Source of the DNA: Eledone cirrhosa
Taxonomy: Eukaryota
NCBI GenBank assembly: GCA_964016885.1
Contig: OZ024744.1
Location: forward strand, 126,046,001-126,110,000
Reading direction: 5' to 3'
Length of the DNA stretch: 64,000 bases
The stretch's first letter is position 1. The number at the start of each line of letters is the position of its first letter. The position numbers and the translations under genes were made by a program. This document shows positions 24,018 to 36,789 of the stretch, piece by piece. A model generated the notes under the pieces. The model made no database searches. It had not been told where the DNA came from and saw only the letters and a program-made list of their open reading frames with translations.

Positions 24018-24479
24018 AAAGTAGCTTATTATTTTGTGAGCTCTTGCTACTTATTGCTCTTGTGCATCAAGAACATACACAGCTTACATTTTGTTGCTAA
24101 TCTCACTGAGATCCAACTACATCTCTTGTTTATCCATAGTTTGGAATTTCTACCTACTCCTTTCCTTTAGAATGATCAAGGCCATTTTCTTGTGGGGATC
24201 TAGGCCCTGTTTTCCTTTCTATTTTGCCAAGTTATCTTACATCACTTTCATTCTAGACCATGCTTCCAGGTTTGGAATTTCTCCTCTAATTTTACCACAG
24301 ATTAAGTGACAAGGGTTCAATCATGTGCATACAGGAGTTCCCATGGACAGCCAGTAATATGTAATAGCCTGCAGGATGATAATAAACAGAAGAGGGTTAA
24401 TTACAGAGCCCTGATAGAGGGTTAATAACAGAGCCCTGATAGACTTGTTCACTCAACTCCTCACTATAGCCATCATTAC

Positions 24480-26000
24480 TTTTAACCTTACTGACTGCTC
24501 CTCCATACATGGCTTTTACTGCTCTCACAAGCCACTCATATACCCCTAGTTTTCTAAGTTATACACCAGATTAGGGAAGGGGGAAGTCTCACAGAAGCTC
24601 TCTCTGGGTCAACAAATGCCAAGTAGAGGGGCTTATTTTAGCTAGGTACTACTCTTGCAGTTGCCACACAAGGAAGAGGACATCAGTGGTACTTTTACCT
24701 GGCACAAATCCAAACTTCATCTCATCTAGGTTAACTTGGTCCCTAATCAGCTGTGTTATAAATCTAACACCTTCATGAAGTGGTCCATCTAATATCTCTA
24801 TAGTTTTCTAGCTCTAGTACATCTCCTTTGCCCTTGTAGCAGTTGATGATGATGATACTACACCATTTATTTGGTATGACACCATTTTGTATTACATGCT
24901 GTACGATACCAGTGGTTAAGATGTGACCCACCATCCCAGATACTTTCAGTATCTCAGCAACTATCACCAATGGACAAGATACTTTCTCTGTCTTCATATC
25001 CTTAATTACCTTACTTCATATCCTTAATTACCTTACTGCTTACTTGTATGGCTGGACCCTCTGTTGGGCCCACTTTCCGTAGACTATCTTCCTCCCATGC
25101 ATTCTCCTCATTCAGTAATCTTTCATAAAGGCATTTCCATGTTACAAAGGTTGGCTGAAAAGTTCATAGACTATCAATGATAGCATGATGCTAGAGCTGT
25201 GAAATCTTGCCTGCATTAATTTCAACTCTTCTTATTAATAACTGCATTGTTTCCTTCCAGGGACTATGTTGAAAAATAAACCTCATTTGGTCATTCCATG
25301 AGTGTATCTTGGTCTGCCTATGAACTTTTCAGCTGACCCTATTCAGCATCAGTGAGCCCAAATGCCCCATTATCATCCTGGACACACTTTACCCCAACAT
25401 CACAATTTGCCCTCACACACTGCCTCACAATCCTGAACATCTCATGTATTTCATCCTCACATCATAAAACCAACTGAAATTATATATTCTCTGCTTCCCT
25501 CCTTGCAAAGAATACTTCTTGCCTAGCTTCCTGTAGTGTACCCTCCAGCTGCCTCCATTCTGCCATTATTCCATGCCTGTCTCTTGGCCTTAACTGTCTC
25601 ATCTACCCTAGTGTTTCACCACCAAGATACTCTCCTCTCTGAAGCCCTGCTCCAGCCACAGATCTAGTTTGACACCTTCAGCAAAGGTTCTTTAAGGAAC
25701 TCCCACTGTTCCCCTATATTGTATGTTTCTATTTGTTCTTCCTTACTGTTGTAAAGATCAAACAAAATATCTCTAAATTTGGAACTGGCTGAGGGGTCCT
25801 TTAACTTCCATATCCTTCTCCTCCAAGTTGCCCTCAGTCTTCAAGTTCATCTAAGTCTATGAAATCACTAACTACTGGGTTATGTTGGGAGGTGCATTCT
25901 TCCCCAGGGGGTGGGGATTGTGTGTTTACAAATGTCAATATCTCATCTTCTGGTGAGGATAAAAATCTGACTGGCATGCTCCTCTGACCAATAGGTGTTG
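24480..26000 (-). mobile_element. Degenerate RTE-clade LINE fragment (linker and RT N-terminus); copy at ~28,550-30,070
   Basis: IVAEILK..IPNKWCSIIIINCYKGKGDVLELENYRDI is the typical RT entry motif. Multiple frameshifts. Confidence 0.8.
25143..25342. mobile_element. Tc1/mariner-like MITE nested in the LINE; copies at ~29,211-29,410 and partial inverted at ~35,970-36,127
   Basis: TIRs AGGTTGGCTGAAAAGTTCATAG ... CTATGAACTTTTCAGCTGACCCT, starting at TA. Confidence 0.7.
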
Positions 26001-26051
26001 AAGTGGTTGTCGGGTAAACGTTAAGACCCTCTGATATACATATATATATAT

Positions 26052-26290
26052 ATACTAGCAGTGGTACCCGGCGTTGCACGGGATAACGTATTTCGGAACG
26101 CGGGCCGCCATCTTCCACTTCAGCCGGTCGCCCTAAAGTGTTGGCTATTCAGTCTACTTGAGGCCAGTTGGTGAGGGGGGGTAAAGCTTTCAGTGTGCTA
26201 CTACCCTCACGGTCAAATAGAAAGGGAGAGGAAGAAAAGTCAGCGTTAATATCGTGCTACACGTTTGAAAGGTTGGATGACCTTAGAGTT
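26052..26290 (+). mobile_element. Possible non-autonomous Helitron/Helentron fragment; copy at ~30,122
   Basis: (TA)n followed by ACTAGCAGTGGTACCCGGCGTTGCACGGG, resembling the 5' ends of Lep1/HINE-type elements. The 3' boundary is uncertain. Confidence 0.4.
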
Positions 26291-26389
26291 CACCAGGGTG
26301 GGGGGTTCTAAAAGTATCTATCTTGGTATTTTATCTTAGAAGTAATCATTACAGAGTGTACTGGGTGTATTTTAGTGGGCAGTAATTCC

Positions 26390-27134
26390 ATAAAGAACAC
26401 AGTATAATCTGTGGACACAAGCCTTGCAGTGTGATTACAGGCAGGTTAATGGGAAAGATAGATTATATATGTGACATGATGTACATGAGAAGTGAGGACA
26501 CAGACCACACATGAAATAGATTCCTACAACTGTCAGGGAGGCTCCCTAGAATTACAGATGACATATTTCAATATCTCGGTGATCAAGTTAGCAGTGGAGG
26601 AAGAATCTCTAAAAGTGTAATACCCAGGATAAGGACAGGCTGGAAGAAGTTTAGAGTACTGTTCCATCTGTTGACAACAAAGGGCTTCTCTCTCAGAATG
26701 GAGGCTAGACTGCTTGATACTTATGTGTGGTCTGCAATCTACACCCCAGCCATGCCCCTTCCACTACCACTCCTTAGCTATTTCTCTCCATTAATACTCC
26801 TCACATTTCAAGCAGTTTTCTCATCTCAATGAAAGAAAAATATTGGGCTCAAGAGAAGTCTTCAGTTATGCCATGGTGTGGCAACCTCCCTAGGGTTGGG
26901 CAGAGTGTAAATGAGAGTGAAATTAGGTATGAGAGGGATCAGATGCAGTATACAAGAGAGTAGATTACATTGGTATGGTCATGTGATGGGTATAAAGGAT
27001 GACAGCTGTATAAAAATGTGCTGGGCAATCAAAGTTGATGGAAGTTATGAAGGCGGAAGACCTAGGATGAGGTGATAAAAGATGACTTTGCACAATTGCA
27101 ACTCTCAAAGACAATGACACAGGATAGAGATCTT
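26390..27134 (+). mobile_element. RTE-clade LINE 3' fragments
   Basis: Cys-rich segment, YLGD..S.GG motif and RLHWYGHVM..GGRPR C-terminal motif, all decayed. Confidence 0.75.
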
Positions 27135-27855
27135 ATTTATGTTTATTTACGTTTAGCGTAATCGATTTGTTTTCGATTTGTTTCCATATCACCACGCGTT
27201 TTATTTCATAGTCATAGTTATCAAGTTAGAAAACAAATGAAGTTCAGGGGGCCGACACTACCGACTTTCTTAAAGAAAAACAATTTAACGCGGGTAACTA
27301 CAAGATAACCTTGATTTGTAATACTGGCAGACATTGAAATATTTAAAATTCTCTATAATTTCCTTTTTATCAGGTCCCAAGCAGTAACACTTCGAATATT
27401 TCAATAAATATTAACCAGTTACTCCCGTTTTCGTTCTTTCTTTAATGTGCACTCTTTCTTTCTTTAATGTGCATTCTTTCTTTCCTCTACACTGCATCTG
27501 ACCTCTCTTATACCTAGTTTCTCTCTCAGTTTATTAATGCTTGTTGTTCATGCACACTATTACACATCTATCAGATCCTGTAAACTTCATTTCTTTCCAG
27601 TCTTTATAGGTCCTCTGAATATATTGCCCTGGTCTCACTTCAATGTAACATTGCTGTTTGTACACAGACTTCATACAATCTGCCTTTCACTTTCAGGGGA
27701 AATCATTTTGTAGGCATCAGTAGTAGTAGCTCCCTAAACTGTTTCCATCCCATTCTCACTCAGGCTACTGTACCTTCAGAACACCCACCTCCACTGTTAA
27801 TTTGGTTAATTAAGTTAACAGAAATTATGAACCGGTTTCTACAGAGCCTTCTGGA

Positions 27856-30800
27856 CATTTAACCCTTTAGCATTTAAACCAGCCATACCTAGCCAGAATA
27901 CTCTCACATCTTTCTGTTCAAACCAGCCATAACTGGCCACTCATACTGACGTTAAGGTATTGTTCTCAATATAAATAATATCAAAATCTCATAGATTCGA
28001 TATTATATGAGATAATTATGTAAGATAAAGCCTTTACCACAAAAATACAATAGTATATATAGAGTAATAAAAATGCTAAAGGGTAAAAGTAGCTTATTAT
28101 TTTGTGAGCTCTTGCTACTTATTGCTCTTGTGCATCAAGAACATACACAGCTTACATTTTGTTGCTAATCTCACTGAGATCCAACTACATCTCTTGTTTA
28201 TCCATAGTTTGGAATTTCTACCTACTCCTTTCCTTTAGAATGATCAAGGCCATTTTCTTGTGGGGATCTAGGCCCTGTTTTCCTTTCTATTTTGCCAAGT
28301 TATCTTACATCACTTTCATTCTAGACCATGCTTCCAGGTTTGGAATTTCTCCTCTAATTTTACCACAGATTAAGTGACAAGGGTTCAATCATGTGCATAC
28401 AGGAGTTCCCATGGACAGCCAGTAATATGTAATAGCCTGCAGGATGATAATAAACAGAAGAGGGTTAATTACAGAGCCCTGATAGAGGGTTAATAACAGA
28501 GCCCTGATAGACTTGTTCACTCAACTCCTCACTATAGCCATCATTACTTTTAACCTTACTGACTGCTCCTCCATACATGGCTTTTACTGCTCTCACAAGC
28601 CACTCATATACCCCTAGTTTTCTAAGTTATACACCAGATTAGGGAAGGGGGAAGTCTCACAGAAGCTCTCTCTGGGTCAACAAATGCCAAGTAGAGGGGC
28701 TTATTTTAGCTAGGTACTACTCTTGCAGTTGCCACACAAGGAAGAGGACATCAGTGGTACTTTTACCTGGCACAAATCCAAACTTCATCTCATCTAGGTT
28801 AACTTGGTCCCTAATCAGCTGTGTTATAAATCTAACACCTTCATGAAGTGGTCCATCTAATATCTCTATAGTTTTCTAGCTCTAGTACATCTCCTTTGCC
28901 CTTGTAGCAGTTGATGATGATGATACTACACCATTTATTTGGTATGACACCATTTTGTATTACATGCTGTACGATACCAGTGGTTAAGATGTGACCCACC
29001 ATCCCAGATACTTTCAGTATCTCAGCAACTATCACCAATGGACAAGATACTTTCTCTGTCTTCATATCCTTAATTACCTTACTTCATATCCTTAATTACC
29101 TTACTGCTTACTTGTATGGCTGGACCCTCTGTTGGGCCCACTTTCCGTAGACTATCTTCCTCCCATGCATTCTCCTCATTCAGTAATCTTTCATAAAGGC
29201 ATTTCCATGTTACAAAGGTTGGCTGAAAAGTTCATAGACTATCAATGATAGCATGATGCTAGAGCTGTGAAATCTTGCCTGCATTAATTTCAACTCTTCT
29301 TATTAATAACTGCATTGTTTCCTTCCAGGGACTATGTTGAAAAATAAACCTCATTTGGTCATTCCATGAGTGTATCTTGGTCTGCCTATGAACTTTTCAG
29401 CTGACCCTATTCAGCATCAGTGAGCCCAAATGCCCCATTATCATCCTGGACACACTTTACCCCAACATCACAATTTGCCCTCACACACTGCCTCACAATC
29501 CTGAACATCTCATGTATTTCATCCTCACATCATAAAACCAACTGAAATTATATATTCTCTGCTTCCCTCCTTGCAAAGAATACTTCTTGCCTAGCTTCCT
29601 GTAGTGTACCCTCCAGCTGCCTCCATTCTGCCATTATTCCATGCCTGTCTCTTGGCCTTAACTGTCTCATCTACCCTAGTGTTTCACCACCAAGATACTC
29701 TCCTCTCTGAAGCCCTGCTCCAGCCACAGATCTAGTTTGACACCTTCAGCAAAGGTTCTTTAAGGAACTCCCACTGTTCCCCTATATTGTATGTTTCTAT
29801 TTGTTCTTCCTTACTGTTGTAAAGATCAAACAAAATATCTCTAAATTTGGAACTGGCTGAGGGGTCCTTTAACTTCCATATCCTTCTCCTCCAAGTTGCC
29901 CTCAGTCTTCAAGTTCATCTAAGTCTATGAAATCACTAACTACTGGGTTATGTTGGGAGGTGCATTCTTCCCCAGGGGGTGGGGATTGTGTGTTTACAAA
30001 TGTCAATATCTCATCTTCTGGTGAGGATAAAAATCTGACTGGCATGCTCCTCTGACCAATAGGTGTTGAAGTGGTTGTCGGGTAAACGTTAAGACCCTCT
30101 GATATACATATATATATATATATACTAGCAGTGGTACCCGGCGTTGCACGGGATAACGTATTTCGGAACGCGGGCCGCCATCTTCCACTTCAGCCGGTCG
30201 CCCTAAAGTGTTGGCTATTCAGTCTACTTGAGGCCAGTTGGTGAGGGGGGGTAAAGCTTTCAGTGTGCTACTACCCTCACGGTCAAATAGAAAGGGAGAG
30301 GAAGAAAAGTCAGCGTTAATATCGTGCTACACGTTTGAAAGGTTGGATGACCTTAGAGTTCACCAGGGTGGGGGGTTCTAAAAGTATCTATCTTGGTATT
30401 TTATCTTAGAAGTAATCATTACAGAGTGTACTGGGTGTATTTTAGTGGGCAGTAATTCCATAAAGAACACAGTATAATCTGTGGACACAAGCCTTGCAGT
30501 GTGATTACAGGCAGGTTAATGGGAAAGATAGATTATATATGTGACATGATGTACATGAGAAGTGAGGACACAGACCACACATGAAATAGATTCCTACAAC
30601 TGTCAGGGAGGCTCCCTAGAATTACAGATGACATATTTCAATATCTCGGTGATCAAGTTAGCAGTGGAGGAAGAATCTCTAAAAGTGTAATACCCAGGAT
30701 AAGGACAGGCTGGAAGAAGTTTAGAGTACTGTTCCATCTGTTGACAACAAAGAGCTTCTCTCTCAGAATGGAGGCTAGACTGCTTGATACTTATGTGTGG

Positions 30801-31214
30801 TCTGCAATCTACACCCCAGCCATGCCCCTTCCACTACCACTCCTTAGCTATTTCTCTCCATTAATACTCCTCACATTTCAAGCAGTTTTCTCATCTCAAT
30901 GAAAGAAAAATATTGGGCTCAAGAGAAGTCTTCAGTTATGCCATGGTGTGGCAACCTCCCTAGGGTTGGGCAGAGTGTAAATGAGAGTGAAATTAGGTAT
31001 GAGAGGGATCATATGCAGTATACAAGAGAGTAGATTACATTGGTATGGTCATGTGATGGGTATAAAGGATGACAGCTGTATAAAAATGTGCTGGGCAATC
31101 AAAGTTGATGGAAGTTATGAAGGCGGAAGACCCAGGATGACCTGGGATGAGGTGATAAAAGATGACTTTGCACAATTGCAACTCTCAAAGACAATGACAC
31201 AGGATAGAGATCTT
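27856..31214. repeat. 3.35-kb segmental duplication, copy B
   Basis: Near-identical to 23,787-27,134. It keeps 10 bp (GACCTGGGAT-like, TWDE codons) that copy A lacks. Confidence 0.92.
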
Positions 31215-31250
31215 GAGATGTATGCAGCAATACAGAAGGCCTGCTTTCCA
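30981..31250 (+). mobile_element. RTE LINE C-terminal fragment
   Basis: IQESRLHWYGHVM...GGRPRMTWDEVIKDD...QDR. Confidence 0.8.
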
Positions 31251-31344
31251 ATGTGCACAGACTCAAACATACATCTAGTAGGCCCCTCCTAACCACTATA
31301 CTCCTTTCCAAACTCCCACACTCCCACTTCTGTACACACCACCT

Positions 31345-32010
31345 TTAGACTGTAAAGTGGTAGTGTACAAGTCACAACAAAAGCACCCAGTCCACTCTGT
31401 AAAGTTGATGTGTTGGTGTCATAACAAAAGGCACTCAGTCCACTCTGTAAAGAGGTTGTGTAAGTGTCACAACAAAGACATCTAGTCCACACTGTAAAGT
31501 GGTCATGTAGGTGTCACAACAAAAAGTACCAGTCATTATTGTAAAGTGGTTGTATAGGTGTCATAACAAAAAGCACCCAGTCGACACTGTAAAGTGGTTG
31601 TGTAGGTGTCAGAACCAAAAGCACCCAGTCCACACTGTAAAGTGGTTGTGTAGGTGTCATGACAAAAAGCACCTAGTCCACACTGTAAAGTGGTCATGTA
31701 GGTGTCATGTCAAAAAGCACCCAGTCCACCCTGTAAAGTGGTTGTGTAGGTGTCATGATAAAAAGCACCCAGTCCACACAGTAAAGTGGTCATGTAGGTG
31801 TCACTAAAAAAGCACCCAGTCTACTCTGTAAAGTGGTCATGTAGGTGTCATGACAAATAGCACCCAGTCCACCCTGTAAAGTGTTCATGTAGGTGTCATG
31901 ACGGAGAGTAACCAGTCCACAATGTAAAGTAGCCATGTAGCTGTCACAACAAAGCACCCAGTCCACACTGTAAAGTGGTCATGTAGGTGTCATTTCAAAA
32001 AGCACCCAGG
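31345..32010. repeat. 48-bp minisatellite (~14 copies)
   Basis: AAAAAGCACCCAGTCCACACTGTAAAGTGGTCATGTAGGTGTCATGAC with a period of 48 (31,573, 31,621, 31,669). Confidence 0.9.
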
Positions 32011-32039
32011 TCCATGGCTTGGCCTGCTAACCGACGCTA

Positions 32040-32205
32040 TACCCAAGTCGGTCGCCATGCTTTCCAGCATAGAGTTACGTCTCTTTATGGTCTGAGTTCA
32101 AATCACGCCGAGGTTAACTTTGCCTTTCATCCTTACGGGGTCGATAAAATAAAGCACCAGTAATGTACTGGGGTCGATTTAATCGACTTTCCCCTCCTCT
32201 GCCAA
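32040..32205 (+). mobile_element. tRNA-derived SINE (Deu/Nin-like core); further copies at ~40,100-40,170 and ~43,520-43,602
   Basis: CTGAGTTCAAATCACGCCGAGGTTAACTTTGCCTTTCATCCTTACGGGGTCGATAAAATAAAGCACCAG..ACTGGGGTCGAT. Confidence 0.75.
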
Positions 32206-32239
32206 ATGACACACACATGCATGGTTCGGGGGAACCAAC

Positions 32240-32281
<42 letters not shown>

Positions 32282-33159
32282 GTAGGTCACTGGTTGAGTC
32301 GGTATTAACCACAGTAACTAAGGTACTCAATACATATTAGATATAGGTGTCTTTCTAATTGCTGGCCTTGTTCATAAGGTATACACAAGTATGATGTGTG
32401 TCTGTTTAACTGTACGTGTGAAAACATCGCGAAATTGCGCCTTTTAATATTTGAATATAAACAGTTAAAAAATAATTATTTTAGTAATTTTTAAATATCG
32501 ATAATGTGTATATAAATATTAGAAATCAATTTAATTAGTTCAGTAACATTACTCGGAGTTAAGATAAACCTTCATTTGAAGAAATTCGAGATTTGACCAA
32601 ATAAATAGATTATGTGATCAATAAAAAAAATATGTATACGCTCTATGACGACGGGTTGCAGACAGTCAGGCATACAGACACATATTTTAAAGCGTGCGAC
32701 GTTAAAAGTCTTACTCTCTCTCTTTTTAGATAGATAGACTTAATTAAAGCAGTTTCACTCTCTCTATATTTCATCAGCTCCCTCTCTCTTAAATTGAAAG
32801 ATTCATTAAGGCTGAAATAATCTAAACAGTAACATCATTTTTCGCCAGCTCTAGCTTGCGTCCAGAGATATACACACACATATATATATATTTTTTTTGT
32901 TATCGAGTTGAGCTTTGCCAAGCATAGAATTCCAAATTTGACCATCTCCACTGAAAATGTTCGTGAAATAGTCTTTAAGAAGCAATTTAATTTTTTCCAA
33001 CTGAAACTGTAAGTATTTTAAAATTTATTTCAACATGGTCTTAAAAGATTGTTGGCTTTTTTTAAATTCATAACTATTTACTATGAAATATAAATTATTA
33101 AATCCAATTTATTTGATAACCATGATTTGATTTTATAATTACCTGAATCACGTTAACAT

Positions 33160-33160
33160 G

Positions 33161-33201
<41 letters not shown>

Positions 33202-33459
33202 GTGTGTGTATATATATATATATATAATAATTGTTTCTACGTTACGCAGTGTATTACTGGTACTGTATTTTACGATATTAAATATTAAATATTAACTATT
33301 AGATATTAAATATTAAATATTAGATATTAGATATTAAATATTAAATATTAAATATGATATCCCTGAAATATATATAATGAAATAAATATGGTTTTATAAA
33401 TGTAATTTCCATTTGTTTAATATCAAATATATATATATATATATATGTATTTATGTATA

Positions 33460-33550
<91 letters not shown>

Positions 33551-33780
33551 GAGGCAGACACAGACACAGAATATCGTATATATCACACACACACAATTAA
33601 GACTTGACGTGTTGCAGACAGCCAGACATACAGAGAGATATTTTAAAGCGTGCGACCTTAAATGCCTTACTCTTTCTCTTATCAAAAGAGAAAGAGTAAT
33701 GCTAACACTTACGTCTACTTCACGCTCTCTTGAACCGTTACAGAAATTGCATCACATCTAATTATAACTTTGTACGTTTG

Positions 33781-33857
<77 letters not shown>

Positions 33858-33863
33858 GCACAC

Positions 33864-33894
<31 letters not shown>

Positions 33895-33897
33895 CAC

Positions 33898-33951
<54 letters not shown>

Positions 33952-34018
33952 GTGTGTGTGTGTATATATATACACACACACGTGTATATATATATATATA
34001 TATACACACACACGTGTG

Positions 34019-34051
<33 letters not shown>

Positions 34052-34140
34052 GTGTGTGTATATATATATATATCTGTCTCTCTCCCTGTCTCTCACTCTG
34101 CCTCTATCCCCCCTCTCTCTCTCTGTCTCTCCCCCCCTCT
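33160..34140. repeat. Microsatellite cluster: (TA)n, (TATTAAA)n, (CA)n, (TA)n-CACGTG compound
   Basis: Direct reading. Confidence 0.9.
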
Positions 34141-34414
34141 CTCTCTCTCTAGTAGTAGAGAGAGAGAGAGATATAAACGTATAACCCTAAACCTAACCCA
34201 TCTCTCTCACTCTCTCTCTCCCCCTCTCTCTCTCTTCTCTCTCTCACTCTCCCTCTACCCCTCCCTCTCTCTATTTCTCTCTCTCTCTCTCCAGTAGTAG
34301 AGAGAGACAAAGAGAGAGAGAGATATAAACGTATAACCCTAACCAAACCCTAACCCAACTCTAACCCAACCCTAACCCTAACCCCAACCCTAACTCTAAC
34401 CTAACCCTAACCCA

Positions 34415-34445
<31 letters not shown>

Positions 34446-34765
34446 ACCCCCTCTCTCTCTCTCTAGTAGTAGAGAGAGAGACAAAGAGAGAGAGAGAGAT
34501 ATAAACGTATAACCCTAACCCATCTCTCTCTCTCTATTTCTCCCCCCCTCTCTCTCTCTCTAGTAGTAGAGAGAGAGAGACAAAGAGAGAGAGAGATATA
34601 AACGTATAAACCTAACCCAACCCTAACCTCTCTCTCTCCCCCCTCTCTCTCTCTATTCCCCCCCTCTCTCTCTCTCTCTAGTAGTAGAGAGAGAGAGAGA
34701 TAGATATAAACGTATAACCCTAACCCAACCCTAACCCATCTCTCTCTCTCTCTCTCTCTCTCTTT
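34140..34765. repeat. Compound repeat (CT)n-AGTAGT-(AG)n-ATATAAACGTATAA-(CCCTAA-like)n, 5 copies
   Basis: TAGTAGTAGAGAG-type core at ~34,150, 34,293, 34,464, 34,561 and 34,679, each followed by degenerate CCCTAA. Confidence 0.85.
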
Positions 34766-34899
34766 GTTTTTAACATTGTTTTGTTTTTCTTTTCTTTTCT
34801 TATTCAGATGACAAACGGCAGAGGATACAACAGAAGAAAAGAACAAAGATAATTATTATTATTATTACTATTATTATTTGTTTTATTATAATCAAAATA

Positions 34900-35620
34900 T
34901 GCTGTTAGTTAGATCTGCATTGTGTACATTTTATATAATTTATGCCAGTTCCTTTTCTGCATATCGAACATGGCCATTTCCCTGACGGAATAGAGTTTTG
35001 TCCTCTTTCGTGACACAAAGTACAGCCAGCGGCATCATTGCGGACAGACTTAATCCCGAATTGCACTGACACACTGCCTCGCAATACGGAACACCGCACG
35101 TCTTTGATCTTCTTCCCGTCGATCAGCCTCCTTGCCATGCTAAGTACACCTGACGTCTAGCTTCTCTCTTAGCGGCGGCTTTATATTCTTCTCTACTCCC
35201 ACTAATTTTCCAAGCATTCCATGCTAGCCTTTAGTCTCCAATGGCCCGATCTACCGTGCTGTCCCACCACCATGTCACTCTCTGTCTGGTTGGAACTCTG
35301 ATCCAGCCACAAGTTTAATCAGTAGCCTGCAATAAGTTGTCACATAAGAAAATCGAGTTCTCATGTATGTCATACGACTGTGAATCGTCTTCTTTTTCGT
35401 CATACACATATTGAAGGGCTTTCCTAAATTTCTATTTTAGTGAAATCTCTTTTAGCTTCCAGACCTTTCTTTTTTCCACATCTTCCTGTATGTCTCAATC
35501 ATACCTGGAGCTGTCCAACATGACCATTGAAATCCCCTGCTAGCATAACGATGTCTCCGTCCTGTCATTGTGGCTGTTTGTAAAAATTGCTTGTAAATGA
35601 AGTCTTTCTTTTCTTTACCT
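34900..35620 (-). mobile_element. Rearranged RTE LINE fragments
   Basis: SGKWPCSICRKGTGINYIKCTQCRS, plus an inverted homolog of 23,190-23,460. Confidence 0.7.
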
Positions 35621-35679
35621 AGCAGAAGCAATTAACACTAACCCAACTGTAACACTAACCCTAACACTAACTTATGCAG

Positions 35680-35960
35680 GCCTAGGTAAAGACAAGAAAG
35701 ATAAAACAAGGAGTGATGCTTCTTGAATTTTGTGATGCAAGTGTTTTAACCATTTGCAAAACCAACTTCCACAAACCTGCCTCACTGCCGCCTAATAACC
35801 TACAAATCAGGCAAGCACAGAAGCCGGATTTCTCGGTAGTTAGGCAGCGAGACAGACAGATGGGGTGTGAAGTACCAGGGTGTGCCCCGGGGAGGAATGT
35901 TTCCCACAGCGTGGGTTGGTTGTTGGTGATGTCTCGGTTATCTTGAGACGGAGTGAGACG
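35680..35960 (+). mobile_element. RTE LINE apurinic-endonuclease fragment
   Basis: MLLEFCDASVLTICKTNFHKP resembles the APE C-terminal motif. Confidence 0.65.
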
Positions 35961-36314
35961 TGCAGGAATACTCTCACGGAATCGCCAAATGAGGTTTATT
36001 TTTCAACATAGTCCCTGGAATGAAACAATGTGGTTATTAAGAAGAATTGAAATTAATGTAAGATTTCACAGATCTATGATCAATCCTTCACAGTCAGCTT
36101 ACAAAGTTTTCAGCCAAACCTTGTGTATTTCCAACATTTCAAACCCTATCTAGGACTACATTATCTAATGTACAGTACAGTAGTTAGTATTAGTGGCTAT
36201 CAGACATAGTGTATCTAAATGCAACATTTTTAACATTGTTTTTTTTTTCTTTTCTTTTCTTTTCTTATTCAGATGACAGACGGCAGAGGATACAATAGAA
36301 GAAAAGAACAATGA

Positions 36315-36737
36315 TAATTATTATTATTATTATTGTTGTTATTCCTTGAATCTCAGTCATTGATGTTGGTTAACTGGAAAGTCCGTTGGAATGAATATCA
36401 AGCCACTACCTGCAGCCTCAGATATTCAGGACGTATCGGAGGGTTCTTGCTGTTCCAAGCAAGCATGCCTTTTGAAGCGTTCCAAAAAGCGTGAAGGGGC
36501 CGATTTTCTTTAACCATCCCTGGAAACTTTTGGAGATGGACAAAAAACTGGAACACAATAGACCTGACCTGGTGGTTGTGGACAAAGAAAAAAGATCGTG
36601 TCTGATTGTGGATGTGGCCTGCCCGTTCAACACGAGAGTGCAAGAGAAGGAGAGGGAGAAAATTAACCGATACCAGGACCTAAAGTGGGAGGTGAAAAGG
36701 ATTTGGAACTTCCATGAAGTCAAAGTGATCCCGATTG

Positions 36738-36778
<41 letters not shown>

Positions 36779-36785
36779 TATTATT
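36315..36785 (-). mobile_element. 5'-truncated, partly inverted R4/Dong-like (RLE) non-LTR retrotransposon in an (ATT)n tract
   Basis: Plus strand 36,491-36,737 gives EHNRPDLVVVDKEKRSCLIVDVACP..EKINRYQDLKWEVKRIW..VKVIPI (PD..D RLE domain). Minus strand 36,487-36,340 gives LQKACLLGTARTLR, a 3' UTR and a (TAA)n tail. Confidence 0.8.
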
Positions 36786-36789
36786 TGTT

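Larger units (their letters stand above)
23787..27134. repeat. 3.35-kb segmental duplication, copy A
   Basis: Matches 27,856-31,214 (offset 4068, rising to 4080). Confidence 0.92.

Noticed and set aside
31511-31807. Cys/His-periodic ORF resembling a zinc-finger array
   Set aside because: It is an in-frame 48-bp minisatellite without C2H2 spacing.
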